Below, piece by piece: positions 33,701 to 46,600 of a stretch of DNA of 54,003 nucleotides (within the stretch, counting starts at the first letter, position 1; every line of letters starts with the position of its first letter). Both the position numbers and the translations under genes were made by a program. Source of the DNA: Cyanophora paradoxa CCMP329 (taxonomy: Eukaryota; Plantae; Glaucophyta); assembly GCA_004431415.1 (NCBI GenBank), contig QPMI01000566.1:1-54003 (forward strand). The letters run 5' to 3'. The notes beneath the pieces are model-generated. The model was not told where the DNA came from, made no database searches, and worked only from the letters and a program-made list of their open reading frames with translations.

Positions 33701-34630
33701 ATGAACCGGCTCGTTAATATTGATAGCAGGGATAGAAGCCAAGGACAAAATGAAAACTCTTACAGGGTCACCCTCACAACTCCAGTAGAGAGACCAAGGA
33801 ATGTAGGGTTCTCTATGCAGAGATTCCAAACAGTATCTATAACAGTGTGGGAACTGATCATCTAACAGTTCAGTTTAATTACCAAGATGGTTCATATAAC
33901 CAAGTGATCACACAACAAGTGTATCCCCTTCCCAGTGGCTACATCAATCAGGGTCATTTTGGGGTCACACACCCTTATAATTATGGGCTGAACTATTCAA
34001 GCTTCCAAACTATTGCAGGCAAAACAGTAGCTTTTGAGTTCAAGATATTCTACAACCCAACAACCTATAAAGTGGAGTTTTACAGTAACCATGAGTTTCG
34101 TTTTATTGCAAGCAACCAGAGAATAGGAAAGCTTTTGGGTGTAAGTTCTACTGAATACACTAATGGGTATTATAGCACTCCTCCTGTTGGTGGATCTCCA
34201 TATCGACCTGAGAACCTTTTAAAGTATGATGGCAAACCTATTACACCTGATCACCCAGCATGGGGAATCACCTTCTCAGGACCCAGACTCTCCTCAAAGC
34301 CCTTGCAGTATTATTTCACCAGTAATAAGATGTCTGATATGAATGCTGAGCAGTATCTGTACATGCATATTAAAGAGCTAGCCCCTTTGCCAGCAGACAC
34401 AATATAATTCCGAAATCGCAACCACACAACCAGGGGCTATCCTTAGATTGCAATTGAGTAAAGATATAGGTGGCTATGTTTACCATAGTGGTGAACATGC
34501 AGAATTTATTCAAATCAATGACAGAAACCTGGTGATAAGGGAACTCACTGTGGAGTTTAAAGATTACTTTGGTGAACTGATTGATATGAATGGAATCGAT
34601 AATTCGTTTCAGTTGGAGTTTATCGAATAA
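33701..34630 (+). CDS. Minor capsid (penton)-like protein 2
   Basis: Homologue of 3316-4240. Confidence 0.75.
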
Positions 34631-36170
34631 AGGCACCTGTGAAATCAACTCTCATTGTGGGAGCATTCACATACACAAGGGGATAAATGCGAATATATTT
34701 GATTCTGAGAGAGAAACCTATGTAAAAAGCATCCTTGATGCTTAGAGGAAATCCACTCAATAGAGCCACATCACCAGAGTTGTGAGCATTGTTAATGTTC
34801 TCACAGACATATATTTTGTTTTGCCCATCTGATCGAATAAAAGACCAGTTGATCCCATCAGTGGATGTTGCCACATTGAAAGTCTTAATAAAAGCATTTG
34901 TTTCCCCTGATCCATAGGCAATCACAGAAGAGAGTTCAAAAGTATATGGAAAAGCAACTTGTAGGTATTCAGTGGGGGTTTCCCATATCTGTTCAGGAGC
35001 ATAGGCTCCAGCTTCCCAGCCAAATGCTGAAGGTCTTGCCATGAAAGGCTCTTTACCTGTCACAGAGGATGAGGCAGTAAAGGCATCATCTGCAAGCTGA
35101 TACCAATTGGCATCCAAAGGAGGTGATGTAGTGAGAGTGGATGAAATGTAAGCCTTTGAAGGGTTCTTTAGTTCATAGTTTGCTACTAGAAGGCTGCAAA
35201 GCTTATTTATCATATCATTGTTTGCTGCTATGTATGTTTCAGTGAATGCTAGCATATCTGGGATCTTAGAAGTGTCATCAAGGAGCTTACTATGTGATTT
35301 GGAAGTGGGACTGATAGCCTATAGTATCTCCATAATCCTGATCATAGTTGTAGGGTAACAACTCCTCCATCTTATCAAGGGCAGAAAGCTCACTTGCAGC
35401 CATGAGCATGTTAATCAATGGGCTTCCATCTGTTGAGCAATCCATGAGAGAATGCCCCAGCTGTTTACAGTCTCATAAGCATAACCCACATAATCAGACT
35501 CTAAATGTGGGTCCACCTCACCACAAGAGATACTTATTACTATAATATCATCATCATCACTGTAAATCTTCTTTGCATGGCTGTAACCACACACACTGGA
35601 TTATTGTTTCCCGAAATGGCACCATCAATGAGACAGACAAATACTCCCCGATTGAAATCAACAATGCTTACAGGAGAGAAATATGTAGGAGCAGCAGAAG
35701 TAGCCCTAGCAGCAATCTTACAAGGCATAAAGTTGTAGTTGTTGTCATTTGTGATAAATATTGGTTTCATATTCTGAGTATCAAAGGATGTAATCACAAT
35801 GTCCTTTAGGGAATCCTGTATTAGTGATTCACCAGTAACTGAATTGATTGCAGTCTCCAAGGGTCCCACATCATACTTTGTATTAAAAAGGGCATTTTCG
35901 ATTATATTCGAGGATTTGCGAAAATCAAGGGCAGTTGAGTTAGGTAAATATTGTGTAAATCGTTTGCTGTCAGTTTAGGTTCACCTGGTTTATCAGGATG
36001 CCTGATATTCAAACCTATTGCAATGATCCACCAGTGGAAGTTCCACTTACAAGATCCACAAGATCGATTATTCTCCTGCCAGTTCGATTTTCGATTTCTT
36101 TTAGCAGCCTGGTTATGATAATGCCCCTTGCACCTCCCCCTGATAAAGACAGGCAGATTTTCAAGGGCAT
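34620..36170 (-). CDS. Patatin-like phospholipase + discoidin (F5/8 C) fusion
   Basis: Homologue of 4230-5780; the discoidin part is an intact 211-aa frame (34620-35255). Confidence 0.8.
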
Positions 36171-36213
36171 CTTTTACTTATCAGGAATTTTATAAATCCA
36201 TATAGTAAAAGCC

Positions 36214-39200
36214 ATGAGCTTCAATTACCCACCCAATCTAGAAACCATTCAAGATGATAATGCAAGCAGCACCAAGCATGTGAACTTTGATAATATTAAA
36301 GTAAAGGGTTCAGTTTCAATTGACCACAGTTCCGATAATTCATCCAAGACTCAATCAAGGGAGCATGCTTTATCTGTGAATCAAACTGATCCAAATAAAG
36401 AAGATGTCAGTGTTGCTTTTAGTTTGGGTAATGTGAAAGCCAACCAAGTAGCAGAGATCAAAGCAACAAGAAGGAGACCTAGGAAACTGAAAACCAGTGG
36501 CACTCACCCAGATATACCTTCCAGGTTCGATAGTGGTCGATTGATTTTCAATGTTCAAGATGAGCAGGGCAAACAGAACACAGCTTTGCGAATTTACAAT
36601 GAGGGCAGCACTGCAAAAGCTGAGGTCCCCAAGTTTTGCAAGTTGGTCCTATTGCCAATACAAATCAGGTCTCCTACACAAATGATGTATACCTAAGGAT
36701 ATTACATATGACTTTGCGAGGAATGAGCCTTTTGGTTTCTTTACTCCAAAAGATGTCCATCAAAAAAAGCCATCAATTACAATCAACAGTAGCCCCAGTC
36801 AACCAGTAGCAATCCATTACATCCTGATTTAGTCGAAATGGATAGGCACCTTTTGCCTTGTATAGCAATGTGAAAGACCTTGGAATTCGAACAGGCAATG
36901 GCGAAATATCCATGGCAGCAATGTGTATGCAAATGGTGAGAAGCTTGTAAGTGAGAAGACCATAAGAGAGATCTTTGAGTATTATGGACCTGTCCCAGTT
37001 CCCTTCCCTCTTCCATGGGATCCACCGGATTTAACACCGAAAAAGCAACCAGCAGAGAGTACACAGCAACTGAAGATGTAGCCTTTGGGCAGCATATTGT
37101 GAGTTGGGAGCAAGTTCGCAATAAACCTATAATTGAACCCAGAAAGCAAATAGATGAGCAGTATTTACCTCCTGAAGTCGATATATTAGAGCTTGATGAA
37201 TATCAATTCGTTCCAGATGAGGAAGAGTATTTACCAGATGGTTTCGACCCACAAGAGTATGAATATGATCAATATGACCCAATGAGGAGGAGATACTACC
37301 AGATGGCTTAGATCCACAAGAGTTTGAGTATGAGCAGAACTATGAACCTGATGAGGAGTATTTGCCAGATGGGCATGATCCACCAGCTGTTGATTATGAG
37401 CAACCTTATGAACCCCATGAGGAACTATTACCAGATGGATTTCGCCCAGAGATTTGGGAATTCTTCCCTGATTGGGAGCAGATCAACAATAAACCAGCCA
37501 GATATCCACCAGAGGATCACAACCATGACTGGGATGAGATCTTAGGCAAACCTCAAAAGTATCCACCAGAGGATCACAGGCATGATTGGGGTGATCTGGA
37601 TGGGATACCAGATAAGTTTGCAGCAAGCAACCATGAACACACTTGGGATGAGATCAATGACCAACCAGAATTCGCAAAGGTAGAGCCTCTTGATAACTTG
37701 GGGGTTTCTCTTTATCAGACTTGTAATGTCCCTGAAAGAATCTTTTTGAATGAACACTATGTTCATGTGAATGGGACACTTGCGAATTCAGCTATGAGAG
37801 GACCACTTCATATTAGGACACTACCAGGCTCTTATAATCCACCACCTGAACCAGGAGCAACCATACCAAATATCTTTGTGTCAAGCTACATGGAGGCTGA
37901 CATTCCCACAGATACATTCAGAGTCCCAACAGACCCAGCAACCTACCAAAATTTCAACTCTGCTATACAGGTTCATGTAGCAGATGTAAGCAGTTTAGAT
38001 GGCTCAAGACCAATGATAGTATTCAGCAGAGATAAATATTCGTATATTCCCATAGTGGGAACTGCAAATGATAATTATGGGAGGGCAGAGCTTGCATGGA
38101 TTAAAACCGATTATGGTGGGGTCCTGGAAGCCAATCAGAGGATGGCAGCAAAAAACATACACAATGAAAATATTTCGAGAGTAGTCACAGAGGATTATTT
38201 AGAAGAGCAAGGATATATTGATGAAGGTGAACTCACAAATATTCTTTCTCTTTTTGTGATCAAAAATGACACAAACCTTACAGTCACTTCCAATATCTAC
38301 ACCAGTAACCTTTATACAAGTAACATTTCACAAGTAACCTATGGGCAAGTAACATTTGGACAAGAAAACTATGGGCAGATGATATTTACACAAGTAATCT
38401 TACAGTGTATCGAAATATAACAATTGGAACACAAAACACTATACAAATACTTTATAGACCTTACTATGCTGTTACTACTGTCATTGATCCAGCCCAATTA
38501 TTCCAAATTGTATATTTGCATGGAAAGCATCAGGTCAACATGGTCAGTTGATATATTATCAAGGTCAGATATATAACAGAGTTACTACACAGATACCATA
38601 TCTAACAAATTATTCGAATTGGAAACTGTTTATTATTATTTGAATGCAACCCTAAACAATCAAATTTCGATTGGGAAAGAATTAAACATGGCTTATAGGA
38701 ATAGTGTTTCAATAGATTGGTCATTAGGTCTTACATTATTCTTTATAGGTAGGATCAATACTACAAATCCTTCTTATATGTTGAGTATAAGGATAGTTCT
38801 TATCAAATTGGATTGGATATGGTTGTAAAATCAAAAGTTTGGTGTTTCACTACAAATTCAAACGATATAGAAAATGCAACTCCTCCATTATTCGATGCAT
38901 CATATATTTATAATTCGTGGAATTATTGGATTTCACTGTTTCCTCAGAGCAAATTGTCGTAGGAATGGTGGTATTGATATTGGAACATCATCGGTGATTT
39001 TCTTCCACCTTCTAATTTTGCATCATTTGGTTCTTCTGTTGCTAATGGAGATCTTGCCGAAATTATCGTTTTCAATCGTGCGTTATCTATTGAAGAAAAG
39101 AACGCGGTTAGATATTATATACAATTATTGTATGGATTCCAAATACGCAGCCCATATTGAATAATGAAGATCTTAAATTAATTCGAGCAATATATTTATT

Positions 39201-42046
39201 GAAAATCTCACAGTTACCAAAAATGCAACTCTACCACATCATCCAACATCGAATGTTGTTTAGATTGGTTAGCAAACAAAAACACACAAAGCAGATATTA
39301 CGGATTTCGCCATACTCACACAAAAGATCAAATCACAGATTTCGCCCATACACACACCAAAGATCAAATAACAGATTTCGCACATACTCACACAAAAGAT
39401 CAAATAACAGATTTCGCACATACTCACACAAAAGATCAAATAACAGATTTCGCCCATACTCATTTATGGGAGCATATCACAAATCCTCCGTTAACCTTCC
39501 CACCTGATTCACACACTCATGATTATTCAGAGATTACAAATAGCAACCACAGGCACCATGGAGCGAAATAGACGAACAGCCAGTTTTGCCCAATTGAATG
39601 CAATCGGAAACGTTTTTAATGGAGTCACACTTTACCAATCGAGTAATACACCTGAAAGGCTATTTTGAATGATCATTATGTTAGTCTCAATGGTTCATTT
39701 ACAGGTCAAGACGGCACACCGATGGTGGGAACTCTTGCAGTAAGATTACCCAGGGATCCAATCGTAAATGGAGTGTATAGTGGCGATTTCAATGTAGAGT
39801 AAACGATACTTTCCCCAGTATCTATGTTACGAATTATCACCAGGAGAAATAGGACAAGTAGCGGATTTTCAGCAGCTATTCAAATTAACGTAACAGATCA
39901 AAGCGCATATGATGAGCAAGACCTAAATAGTATTCACAAGGAGAAAGTTGTAAACTATCTCCCGTTGCGGGACAACCCACAGATGATCACGGGAAATGTG
40001 AGATGGCGTGGATTAAAACGACATCAGGTGGCGCCTTAGAAGTCAATCAAAGAATGCGGCGAAAACTTACACAATACAACCTTTCAGGTGTCGTTACAGA
40101 TGATTACCTTACCAATAAAGGATATCTTACCACCGCAGATCTCAGCAGTTATGTAACAGAAACTGAATTAACGACGGCGTTAAATCCTTACGCAACAGAT
40201 GCAGAATTAACTACGGCTCTTGCGAATTATTTACCTCTTACAGGTGGAACCGTCACCGGAACCGTTAACGCTACCACTTTACAAATTGGCGGAACCACAA
40301 TACCGAAAGGTTACGAATTCGACCAATTAGATACTGTTTCGACAGATAGAAGCGCTAATAATTGGACTGTAACATGGGAGCGAGAACAGGGCAAACAGGG
40401 TGTTTACTACACCAGCAAATGATGAAGATTGCAGCGGTTGTTTATGCGTTGGATAGTTCCGACAGGTATGAAATCATTTTATATTCAGCATTTACCGTGG
40501 AGTAGTGGGAGATATTTGATATCTACGGTCAAACTCTAAATGGGTTTCAGCATTTCTTAAAACGAGTTAATAATTATCAAGCAATAGCAACTACCGGAAT
40601 TCAAGATGGAACACATCCGGCTATTCTCTTTATTTCAATAAATTGTGAGTTTACAAGTATATTTATGTTCAAGGTCGAAAAGGTCGCATTCATCTTACGG
40701 GGTTTTCGGTTGAGTAGACAAAGAGCAACGATAATGAGGTTGGTATGATCTCTTGGGATAATATATTTAGCAAACCGTCATTTTACTCAGCCGCAGACCT
40801 TCCACAAACCGCAACATGGCAACAAATACATGGTTAAAATCAGTAGATGCAGTCGAGCGAATTTGGTTTGGTAATGGCGATTGCACATATATACGAGGGA
40901 GACCGAATGGTGTCGGTGTGTCAATTGAATTTAGAGACTCAGCAGATGGAGCAATTTAAGTCTTATAACAATGGTAACTTTTGGGTGAAAAACACTATTA
41001 CAGCACCTACTATTAATGCAACCACCACACTCCAAATAAACGTAATGATGTCCAAAGTTTCACACAGTAGATAAAGCAGTAGGAGGTATTGCATTTAATA
41101 GATGTTCTGAGGTTGGACATGGCATGGAGTTCAGAATGGGATCCATATTATAATTATGGTTCATATGTTTATAATAATCAAACGGATGATCAAACATCTA
41201 CCGCTTGATTGACTTCGATATACCCGATGGATACCACACAGGAACAGCATTTTTAACCTATTTACCTTGGACTAACTCACGAATTTTTGAAATTTGGGAC
41301 TCAATCGACAAGGAATGAAGTTTTTATTACATCAGTAAATAGTTATCAACCATACAGCACATCTCCTAATAGTAACCACAGCGGTTTAAATAATGTTCCT
41401 ATACATCTCGGTAATCGATTTTTGACTATTCGGATTAGACCAAAGATGGAAGAGTTCATATTATGGGTATAAGTTACATGAAAATTTGGGTTGGACATAG
41501 TTATGGAGGTCACACCGGTTATATTCATTGGAATAATGTTTATAGTAAACCAAATATCTTAACAGGGGCATTGGATCTTTGGTTTAACTCTAATGATGGA
41601 TATAATCGTATCTATTTTACGAATAATAGCACCACGTATTTTAAAGGAAGAGGAACTTATCCAATAAGATTTTCGAAATGAATTAGATTCTGATATTTGT
41701 TGGATCGATCATGACGGCGATGTGGATAAACAATTATTTAACACAAGGAAGTGACAGAAGATACAAAACAGATATTAAAAAGATAACCGGCGCTCTTTCA
41801 GCAATCGAAAATTAGAAGGAGTGAGTTTTAAACGAATTGGAGTGAAAAAGACGAACAAAATTAGGTTTAATTGCGCAAGATGTAGAAAAGGTAATACCAG
41901 AATTGTAAGTGTCACAAAAGAAGATGTTACCTTTCTCTCGAATACACGGGTTTAATTCCAGTTCTCATTGAAGCTGTGAAGGAGTTGTCCCAAAATGCAA
42001 AGATCTACAGGATCAAATAGACCAAATTAAAAATGTCAAAGTATAA
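36214..42046 (+). CDS. Giant modular fibre protein or gene run (heavily frameshifted): shared N-half, LamG-like module, His repeats, duplicated domain, C-terminal peptidase S74-type chaperone
   Basis: Shared with element A up to ~38200; GDLAEIIVFNRALS at ~39045-39090; SDRRYKTDIKKI..ALSAI..LGLIAQDVEKVIPE..LIEAVKEL at ~41750-42000. A single ORF is not provable. Confidence 0.65.
39280..39462 (+). repeat. 33-bp coding tandem repeat (HTHTKDQITDFA), 5-6 units
   Basis: CATACTCACACAAAAGATCAAATAACAGATTTCGC repeated. Confidence 0.9.
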
Positions 42047-42049
42047 TAA

Positions 42050-42337
42050 ATGGCGACCTATCCTCTTGGTGGAACCACCTATTCTACTGAGCTGTTGCGC
42101 TTTCTTTTGATACAATCACCTTGTAAACGCATTACAAACAGTTGAAAAAACGATTCAGCAAACTAACAAGCTCTCACCAGTTGTCAATGAGTATAAAAAC
42201 CTCTTGGTAATGTCCTTGCCAAATCTGCATATGGTGACCCTGTTGCTAAATACACTGAGTGTGATAACAATATTAAAGCAATGACATCCAACCTTCAAAC
42301 ACTTTCAGTTGCCTACAATCCCTTGGATCGAATTTAA
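42050..42337 (+). CDS. Small hypothetical protein specific to element B (frameshifted)
   Basis: TAAATG start (MATYPLGG...); occupies the position held by 11259-11519 in element A without evident similarity. Confidence 0.45.
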
Positions 42338-42388
42338 TCACTTGGCTTGATTGCAGTTTATTTTCTTTCCTTCTTAGTAAAAGAAGCA

Positions 42389-43225
42389 ATGGGTGAATAT
42401 AATCGAGTTCAACTGCCTATATATTCCTTGGATCCCTGCAATGCATTTTCGCCAGCATGAAGTAAATGATGAGGTTCGTGGTTTAGAATCCACAGAGAGA
42501 CCCAATTCCAATGGCAACTCCTTTGATAAAAATTCGATTATTCGAGTTAAAGAGCTGAGAGCTGATAAGAATTCTGGTGTGGTTAAAACAACTCGACTTC
42601 TTGTCACAAATGCTAACTTCTTTCAGCCTACTAATGGAGGTCCTGATGCTTACAGTGTTGATCTGAAGCCCTTGATTATGATAAAAACACTGCTGCTGTA
42701 ACTGTGAGATCAGGAGGAGCATTTATTGGTGGTGGCTGCAGAGTTTCAGGTCAGCTATCTTCATCTGTTTCCTACAATGATGTCCCAGATACTCTCGAAC
42801 AAAATGTGGAAACCCACAACGAATTCGTTTCTACACACCTGTTGCACAGCAACCTTTTTGCATTTCTATGTTGCATCTCTGTAACTCTTGAGAATTCGGA
42901 ATTAGTTTCATTACAGGAACTGATCGAGTAAGAAGAAATATTCCTCTTCCCACTGCAATGCTTTCCATGTGTAGAGCCAATAATAATCAACCAGGACACA
43001 ACTACTTATCTTTGTTCAAGCTTCGAACCATTTGCAGAGGATATTGTGTTTATAACATTTGACATTTACCTATGATCTGTTGTCACTGAGGTTGGAGTAA
43101 CAATACTATGATTATGGACTGAGAACAGATATAGCAGCTGTATCAGCACTTCGTGGGTAATGTTGCTGATATATTCACAACAGGATTTTACCAAAATTAG
43201 ATGTAATTGATGACCCAACCCATAA
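42389..43225 (+). CDS. Fibre-family paralogue 3 (element B; frameshifted)
   Basis: Homologue of 11561-12405. Confidence 0.7.
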
Positions 43226-43248
43226 AAGATATATCCCTTTAATGTAAA

Positions 43249-44056
43249 ATGGCTGAGCAACCCCACTTGAACGAATTATTACACCTCAGCTATCATTAGC
43301 TGCACCAGCAAACCATGTTCTGCAGCATGCTACTTTGATGATGTAGAGGTCTCCAATCAACAGAGGTCCAACCTACAATGAACACCTTTGGTTCCACCAT
43401 AAACTGAGATTACAGAACTCAGATGTGATAAAATAATGGAATAGTTAAGACAACTAAGCTACTTGTTACAATGCAACTTTTCTGCTCATATGGAGACCCA
43501 GATAGCTATGAGATCCTCTTTCTACTTATTCTTTTGAATCTAGGTCGGAGCTATTAACTGCAAATCGGGGGAGCTTATATTGGTGATGGTCTAGGGTTGG
43601 TGGGGCTGTTGGAGCGCCTTATTTGTGATGATCAACCCAATCCCATTGATCCCAATACAAGAATTCGAACCTATGTCCCCAGCATGAATGCCCCCTATAT
43701 AATCAAAATATTCCCCATTGTGTAAATGAACAGACAGCAGTAGTAGATTCTCTTGTTGAGATGGTGACCACTACAAGGTTGTTGGATATTCCACCAGATG
43801 TATATGCTGTATGTCAAGTGGAGGTGGAACTCCTAATTTTGCAGTTGTGATCACCCCATATGATAATTTGGTATTGCTTATCATGGAGTCAATTTCGGTT
43901 TGGAAGACTATCAGTTTCTGGTTAGAGCCACAAGTTTGGTATCTACAAGTGTGTATTATATGCTGAGAGAACCGATTTTATTGCAAAGCAGAATACTATG
44001 CTGATACTATGGGACAAATCGATATTTCCCCATTTTGGCAGGATACTGCTCCATAA
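43249..44056 (+). CDS. Fibre-family paralogue 4 (element B; many single-base deletions)
   Basis: Homologue of 12429-13261. Confidence 0.7.
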
Positions 44057-44078
44057 GAATATTGGTTATATATAGAGT

Positions 44079-44341
44079 ATGGATAGTAAAACAAAAAGTT
44101 TATTGATGCTGCTATGACAGTTCATGGTAAAGATAAATCGATTACAGTGAGACACATTACATCAAAGCTCAAGAGAAAGTATCTGTTAGATGTTTGCAGT
44201 GTAATAAGTGATCCTTACCTATCCTTTAATCATGTGAAGGATCAGTTGCAGGGAATGACAAAAAACATTCTCAGGCTTACAGGAAAAGGCTTCTTCATCA
44301 ATCACAGTGGAATATAGGATGTTTGCATTAGGTTCGATTAG
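44079..44341 (+). CDS. Small Zn-binding DUF723-like protein (element B; frameshifted)
   Basis: Homologue of 13284-13555. Confidence 0.6.
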
Positions 44342-44368
44342 GTTTAATTAATTTTCTAAGGTATTCTA

Positions 44369-44756
44369 ATGAGACTCAATACAGAGGCTTTCATGTTATT
44401 GCTTGATTACAAGGCTAAATCAGCTATTGCAACAGGACATGAGCATGTTAGCTTCCTAGGTAATGGATTATGGAACCTTGAACAGCTATATTAAGACAAG
44501 CATAAGAATGTTCATAAACACTGTGAGATATTTGATGGGAAACTATCACCTCCTGGATTTGCATTGGTTCTGCTATTAGATGAAAGCCATTGCACAGCTC
44601 ATTGTTATTCCAATGAGGCATGTTAGCAATTGATATATTCAGTTGTGGTAAAGAAGCTCAGCATAAACACAAGCAGTAGCAGATGAGATAGATAAAACAA
44701 TGAATTTCCTCAATTTGAGAAACTGAGAGAATAAACATGAAAGATTCCCGTTTTGA
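44369..44756 (+). CDS. speD: AdoMet decarboxylase (element B; frameshifted)
   Basis: Homologue of 13583-13981; the LLLDESHCTAHCY codons are intact. Confidence 0.75.
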
Positions 44757-44992
44757 TGAGTTCTATAATGATTTGTTAAAGGATTCCTTTGTTTCTAACA
44801 TAACATTGATCAGCTACTGTTACAAAAGGATATAATATATCCATTCCTACAGTAGCTTCTACAATGATTATTTCCGGATTCCGGTTATTGTTTACAGTAG
44901 AAATCTAATGTAGATGTAGCCGAAATATGAATGCACCCTACACTTCAGGTGTAAGATTTCGAATACTATTCGATTTCCTTACACTAAAACTC

Positions 44993-45787
44993 AGCATCTG
45001 CCCTAGATTCCCTATTATATAAATTTATATTAAAGTGACTCAAGGTTGACTCATATTAATCGTAAAAGTAGTAATAGTATATGGATTTTGTTACGAATTC
45101 AATGCAAGGGTTGACTAAGTGGTTGAGTTGACTCAAATTCACAGGAAATATTGGGACCTAAAGTTTTCTAAAAAAGGATTTCAAAAAATGTGTCAACTCC
45201 CCCACTTAGTCAACCCTGACATAAACAGTAAGGATTTGAGCTAACATGTATCACAAAGTGAACATTTTGAGTCCACTTAGAAGATCCACTTTTGAAATCC
45301 AAGTTGATTTGCTTGAAATTTCAAAGTTGATCTAAAGTGAGTCCACCTGATTGATTATGGTAAAAAGTTGACTAAGTTGACTAAGTTGAGTCTCTTAAGA
45401 AATTCAAAGAGACTAAGAGTTCAAAATTTTATGAAAAGTGAGTCAACTAGACACTTTGATAACAAGTTAATATTTAATTGATTTAATCGGAAAAGAACAT
45501 GATTAATGAATTTTGATATATTCGATTAGATTCATTAGGATTCATAAGATCAATCGAAGTTATTGATATAATTCGATTAACTACAATTAAGATACATATC
45601 GATTAATCGAGTTATCGATATAACATCGATTAATTAATTGAAAATGCATATAAAATATGAAAATTCAGGTGAAAATTCAAATAATTAATCGATTTTATTG
45701 ATATAACATCGAATCACACATTGAATATTCATATTTTAATCCTGAGGCGGAACGCCGAGGGATTAAAATATGAATATTCATATGTGT
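44993..45787. repeat. Right TIR of element B, with terminal hairpin 45716-45787
   Basis: Reverse complement of 18823-19652. Confidence 0.95.
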
Positions 45788-45810
45788 ATAGTGTTATAAA
45801 ATATCCGAAC

Positions 45811-46600
45811 CGAGACGGCGCCGGTCTTCGCGGCGACGGGGGCGACCGAAGCGAAGAACGTGACGAGCGAGCCAGCGGTCTGACGGATGAGGCGGGCTCG
45901 AATTCAGAGCCGTTGCGTGGAAGAGGTTTTATATTGAGCACCTTGGCATCAGCGAGGTTCACGCAGACTTCGTGGCTCCTGGTTAACGACCTGCAGTAAA
46001 AGGCTGCATTCAGACTGCGAAAGAGACCGAATAAACGACGCTGGAATTCAGGGCGACGTTCATGACGTTGGTGAGGGCGCCGGAGAGGGACGAGAGGATG
46101 TCACTGCTGGCCCCGGTGGTCTGACGCAGGGCGCGCCGCAGGCGCAGCTTCACGCCGGACGCGCTGCTGTAGTAGGACTTCAGCGTCTCGACCAGGGCGA
46201 GATCTTCTGCAGCTTAGTCTCGAACGCGTCGTTGCTCTGCGCAGGGCGTCAAGGTACGATCGCGGCGAAGAAACCACTGGCTGATCATGAAAGTGTTGAA
46301 ACGCGGACCTGGGTATCGCCGTCATCTGCGAATTGAACGTGTCGACGACGCTCTGCGATGCGTGAGCAAAGTCAGATGACATGCAGAGAACGGATGCTTT
46401 CGAATTTAAGAGTGAAGCACCTTGAAAGCGGCCACGGCGTCCGCGGAGGTGTTCGTGGAGACCAACGGCTTCACCTCCACGCAGTGGTGATGGGGAAGGA
46501 GGCGGTCAGCCCCTTCGTGTCCTTGACGACGACCGTGAGCTTGGCGGTCTTCGTCGTGCCGTCGTTCTGCAACACGAAATTCATTTCCGTGCCTTGAGTG
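45811..46600 (-). CDS. Spliced host gene fragment (possibly REJ/PKD-like extracellular protein)
   Basis: GC3-rich frames (TAKLTVVVKDTKGLTASFPI, LVTFFASVAPVAAKTGAVS) separated by short GT..CAG segments; product is a weak guess. Confidence 0.4.

Larger units (their letters stand above)
18823..45787. mobile_element. Complete endogenous Polinton-like virus, element B (~27.0 kb)
   Basis: TIRs 18823-19652 / 44993-45787; termini ACACATATG...CATATGTGT; ATAGTG repeated at 18817-18822 and 45788-45793; carries integrase, PolB, primase-helicase, ATPase, MCP and pentons. Confidence 0.95.

Noticed and set aside
1-45787. Assembly duplication or simple tandem duplication of one element
   Set aside because: A and B differ in termini, iterons, fibre cassettes and many synonymous sites; B has its own TSD.
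18823-45787. Bacterial prophage or canonical virophage/Polinton
   Set aside because: No terminase/portal genes or Shine-Dalgarno pattern, and the flanks are eukaryote-like. I recognised no cysteine protease, and the ends are not AG...CT.
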